A DNA stretch of 64,000 bases from Flectonema sp. DT1601 (Eukaryota), in assembly GCA_964019425.1 (NCBI GenBank), contig OZ025801.1:62001-126000 (forward strand), given 5' to 3'. The first letter of the stretch is position 1. Each line of letters starts with the position of its first letter. Shown piece by piece: positions 60,359 to 64,000 of the stretch. The notes under the pieces were generated by a model. That model was not told the DNA's origin. It saw nothing but the letters and a program-made list of their open reading frames with translations, and did no database searches. Position numbers and translations under genes: made by a program.

Positions 60359-62168
60359 TAGTCATTCCAAAAATAACCGGCCGCGAAAACCAGTTTTGCT
60401 TCGAGCAGCCGTTGGTCAAAAATGCGTCCATTTTCGAGATTTTTTACGAGGTGGAAAGGTTCGGCCCCAATCTCTCATTTTACGCGGTGGGATTATTTTT
60501 TTTTCACTTTTTTTACTGACCGTTAGAACCCGACAGGTGCGTTATGGGTACTAAGAGAATGTCACTGTCGGCACGGAAAAGTTAATCCTGTTGCTGCATT
60601 TAATTTTTTTCTGGAAAAAAAAGGGAAATGCATCAGAGATTGGCATTTTTTCTCGTAACTACACTTATTATTCCCTTAAGCACCAGCTTAAACTTCTCTC
60701 AATGAAGTGTCACACATGCCACGAGATGCCAGCTGAGTGCTCCTCAGACAACTACAACTGCACCTCGCACGCTAACGCGAAAAGACGGAATCCGAAGTTC
60801 AACAAGCTTCTTGAGCCACCCTGCCGTGACTTCGCGGTAGTCTTGAAATCCCCGGCGTATGCTCCTCTGCAACGCTTGCTACCAGCGAGCAAAAAGGCTG
60901 ACTAGTGATCCGCATTACGCATCCGTCAGTATCCCTGCAGAGCCGATCAATCCGGAACCGCGCTCCGATATTTTTGAACGCGTGAAAGAATCAGTTCCTG
61001 CTGTCCGTTCTCAGTTTTTGAGACTCTGTCTCACGCTAGGCTACACTGATAGCCAGATTAATGCCCATGTCAGGGATTCTTCAATGCGTAAGCAGCTACA
61101 GAGGCTGGAACAGCACGATCCCTCCCAATCAGTAAAGCACGCCCTGAGTCAAACCGCGTGGTCCTCAGCAAAGACTACATAACCGGCGAGACAAGTAAAG
61201 AGACAGTCCTCTATGTAAGAGAACCATACCTTGCCTTGTGGAGTGCCTTCTGCAGAACTCACACAGCTATCTCATATGCTCAGTTTTGTGACAAAAGGCC
61301 TGCTCATGTCAAATCTTGTCCGAATAACCCTCGATGCCGTTGCAGGTGGCACATGCAAATTGCACTTATCCTTCCTGCTTATATGAGACTTGTGGGCCTG
61401 AGAAGATTTCAGCTAACCCGCTTGAGTGACCTACCACTCATACTATGTCGAGACCCGTCTTACAACTGCTTCTTTGGCCACTGCAACCAATGCAGGCCGT
61501 TGAACTTATTCTATCCCAAGGCGTTAAAATCCTGCTGGCTGCTTTGTACCGATTGATGAAGATGATCCAAATGTGGGGGTTGGTGCGAGCCAACTTTCAC
61601 CTGCTACCAACACTGAGAGTGAGTCTATTTCAGAAACAACTGAACTCACCTGTGAGTCTTCTACTGTCTCTTGCTCTGTTAGTGAATCTAGTTCTAGTTC
61701 CAGTTTCAGATCGCTGCGTTCAACTAGTTCTATTATCGGTTCATTGCCGGTAGGAAAACGAAGAAAGCCAGTAAAAGTTGCCAAAAGAGCTAAGCCTAAT
61801 CAAAAATAAAAATAGGTTAAGTGTAGTGTAAGATGTACAAGGTACTGTTTTGCTTCGAGCAGCCTTTGTAACTGTTTCAGAGTAAAACATCCGACCAGGT
61901 ACGGCCGGATATAGAACCATATACCGATCTTTCATTTTAGCACCCGGGGCGGCCGATTAGACATCAACAGTTCCATTATTCAAAATTTTCACCACACAAA
62001 AATGTCGCAATTTTTTTGAATTTTAGCTGCATTTTTTTGAATCGCAGCGGGAATGAAATCAGCGGTGCAAAAGCGATTAAAATAGGTATTCGGTTTTAAG
62101 TTTTACTCCCTATTTTCACCCATGAAATACTGGAACCCTAAAATGGACGGTTATTTTTGGAATGACTA
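60359..62168 (+). mobile_element. TIR DNA transposon derivative with fragmented Cys-rich ORFs (Sola-like, tentative); no catalytic domain seen
   Basis: TIR TAGTCATTCCAAAAATAACCG / CGGTTATTTTTGGAATGACTA flanked by ATAT; remnant ISYAQFCDKRPAHV..CRCRWH..C..CFFGHCNQC. Confidence 0.8.
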
Positions 62169-62174
62169 ATATAT

Positions 62175-62950
62175 CAGTCATTCCTTTTTTTTGCGAACAA
62201 ATTCTGGACACTGAAAAAAAATTTCAAAAAAAAATTGTAAAAATTTCGATCGAAGCGGCATTTTAATGCGCTGCATCGTTGGGTTCATTTCCGTCCGAAA
62301 TCGGGAGGTTGGCATCACATACTTGTCTCCCGAATTGAGAAAAGAGATTTTGCGGTTTACTAAATCAGCTCAGCCGTGGACAAGTACCAAAACTAAAAAT
62401 TAATCGAAGGGTCTAATTTTACACTGCTGGCCCAGCGGGATCCAGAGAAAAAATAATCGAGCAAAAATATATTAAAGAGTACTAAGCATGTGCCGGTGAG
62501 GCAGATTGTTACTACCTGTCTTTTTGGACCTACTTTGATACTTAATGATCATTATCACCACCACAGATGCAACATTTTCCTTACATAATTGCTACTAGGT
62601 TGATTTGTTAGTAAAAAGGTGCATATCTCTTGAGTGCGGGAGAAGGGGGAAAAAATAGTAAAAAAAAAAAAATTAGGGGTGTTTTTTACTCAGATTTTCT
62701 CGATCTTTCCATTCCAGGTCTGGGATTAATATTTATCATTGAGTAGTACCAAGGAAATTTTGCAAAGAGACGTTTATCTCTTTTTAGCAGCACTTACCAT
62801 GTTTAAAAGTATATCCCTATGCCTAATTTTACAGATCGCACCCTCCCCGATTCCAAAAAATAAAAAATCGAGCAAAAGTAACATATCGTGTAACCTTGCT
62901 CAGGCGGTGAGAAAAAGGTGTTTTTTGTTCGCAAAAAAAAGGAATGGCTG
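62175..62950. mobile_element. 776-bp non-autonomous TIR element (MITE-like) with related termini
   Basis: CAGTCATTCCTTTTTTTTGCGAACAAA / TTTGTTCGCAAAAAAAAGGAATGGCTG, flanked by ATAT on both sides. Confidence 0.88.
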
Positions 62951-62969
62951 ATATATATAAATAAAAAAA

Positions 62970-63778
62970 CAAAGAGCGGCGTCCCAACTGACCGCACAGA
63001 CTCGACCACAGAAACCCGAAGGATAAGTAGTTCCCGGTGCCATGGGATGCTCGCGCCATACCCAGCGGTCAATGGACCGTGGACTTCGGTTCAATTGCGC
63101 TCAGCACGCGGATGGATAGATGTTCCGGGCTTTCTGCAGGTAGTCTTGTGGCTGTTGGCCCCTCTTCTCAACTGTGGCGGAAGCTCTGCACCACTACAAT
63201 TCTCGAATAACAGCTCTCACTTGGGACCGGAGACACTCGTACACCATTACAGAACGCTGCCCCCGTACACACATGGCTCAGAACCGCCGACAGGGCATCC
63301 GATACCACCTACAGCGGACACGCCACATGATTGGACGCCGGGCCCACAGTGGCAAACAATCTGGAGAACGACACCGGAAGGAATGATACACCCGTCGGAG
63401 CCACCCCTTCATCACGAGATGAGGGCCTTGACGACCAGACCGAGTCACCGCGTGAACCGGAAACGGGTCAAGAGATGGGAACGATGGCTGCGGAAGCTCT
63501 CGAGGGAACGCCAGACGAGACCCAAGCCGAAGAAACCACGGTATGCGGGCCTCGAGACTTCGCAGGAGGTGCTGACACTCCGGAATGCCCGCCGTGCTGA
63601 CGCTCCGGAGTGTCCGCCGAACCCACTACGAGCCTCACAACTCCACTACACAAAGCCGGAGAGCCGAGAGAGCTCGAACCAGTGCCGGCGCAGGCCCCGT
63701 TACCGACCACGACTTGTTAAAAGAAAACAGGTAACTTTACATGAGCATCGGCTCGAACGGCTCTGGCGAAGCGAGTGA
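62970..63778 (+). other. GC-rich open frame (Pro/Arg-rich), possibly the 5' part of a truncated retroelement
   Basis: Abrupt GC rise and ~270 open codons; no recognisable domain. Confidence 0.3.
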
Positions 63779-63828
63779 ACGAGTCTGATTGCTGAGTATT
63801 GTATTCTGTTTTCTTGTTCTTTTTTTAA

Positions 63829-64000
63829 TTTATTTCAAACAGGGCAACAGGGGGAAAGTTTGGTTTGTATCCCCTGGGTGTTTAGCGTCACCTGTTGAGG
63901 TGTAATGTATTCTGTTTACTTCTATCCCTTTGTTTTTTTTTTTTTTTTTTTTATTTCAAACAGGACAGCAGGGGGAAAGTTTGTTTCGTACCCCCCGGGT
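63829..64000. repeat. Start of a ~122-bp imperfect tandem repeat
   Basis: TTTATTTCAAACAGG.CA.CAGGGGGAAAGTTTG occurs at ~63829 and ~63950. Confidence 0.7.

Noticed and set aside
62975..63060. HDV-like ribozyme at the start of the GC-rich ORF region
   Set aside because: A GGCGTCCCA/TGGGATGCT stem exists, but P1.1, P2 and the catalytic C context were not identifiable.

Overview
Eukaryotic nuclear DNA from a euglenozoan, most likely a diplonemid: it has a 39-nt spliced leader AACCAACGATTCTAAAGCTACAGTTTCTGTACTTTATTG together with GT-AG cis-introns. 1-15.2 kb is the end of a near-identical 603-bp tandem array, each unit carrying a 5S rRNA gene and an SL RNA gene (25 copies of each, minus strand). 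16.6-31.6 kb is a co-oriented minus-strand gene cluster: granulin-SGNH hydrolase fusion, intron-containing glycyl-tRNA synthetase, coiled-coil proteins and a His/Lys-repeat protein. 32-64 kb is a nest of mobile elements. It includes an apparently intact APE-RT-RNase H LINE whose two ORFs are in frame, separated by a single UGA-CGG and then a 2A peptide; its RT has a PDZ-like insert and it ends immediately upstream of two intron-containing tRNA-Tyr genes. Also present: a split-direct-repeat (tyrosine-recombinase-type) retroelement inserted inside a spliced-leader sequence; a retroposed SL-capped, polyadenylated non-coding repeat RNA; a terminally redundant 1385-bp non-coding element; a MULE with 9-bp TSDs; two related TIR elements; LSU rRNA fragments; and satellites. 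All assignments are from reading the sequence by eye; no database searches were run.
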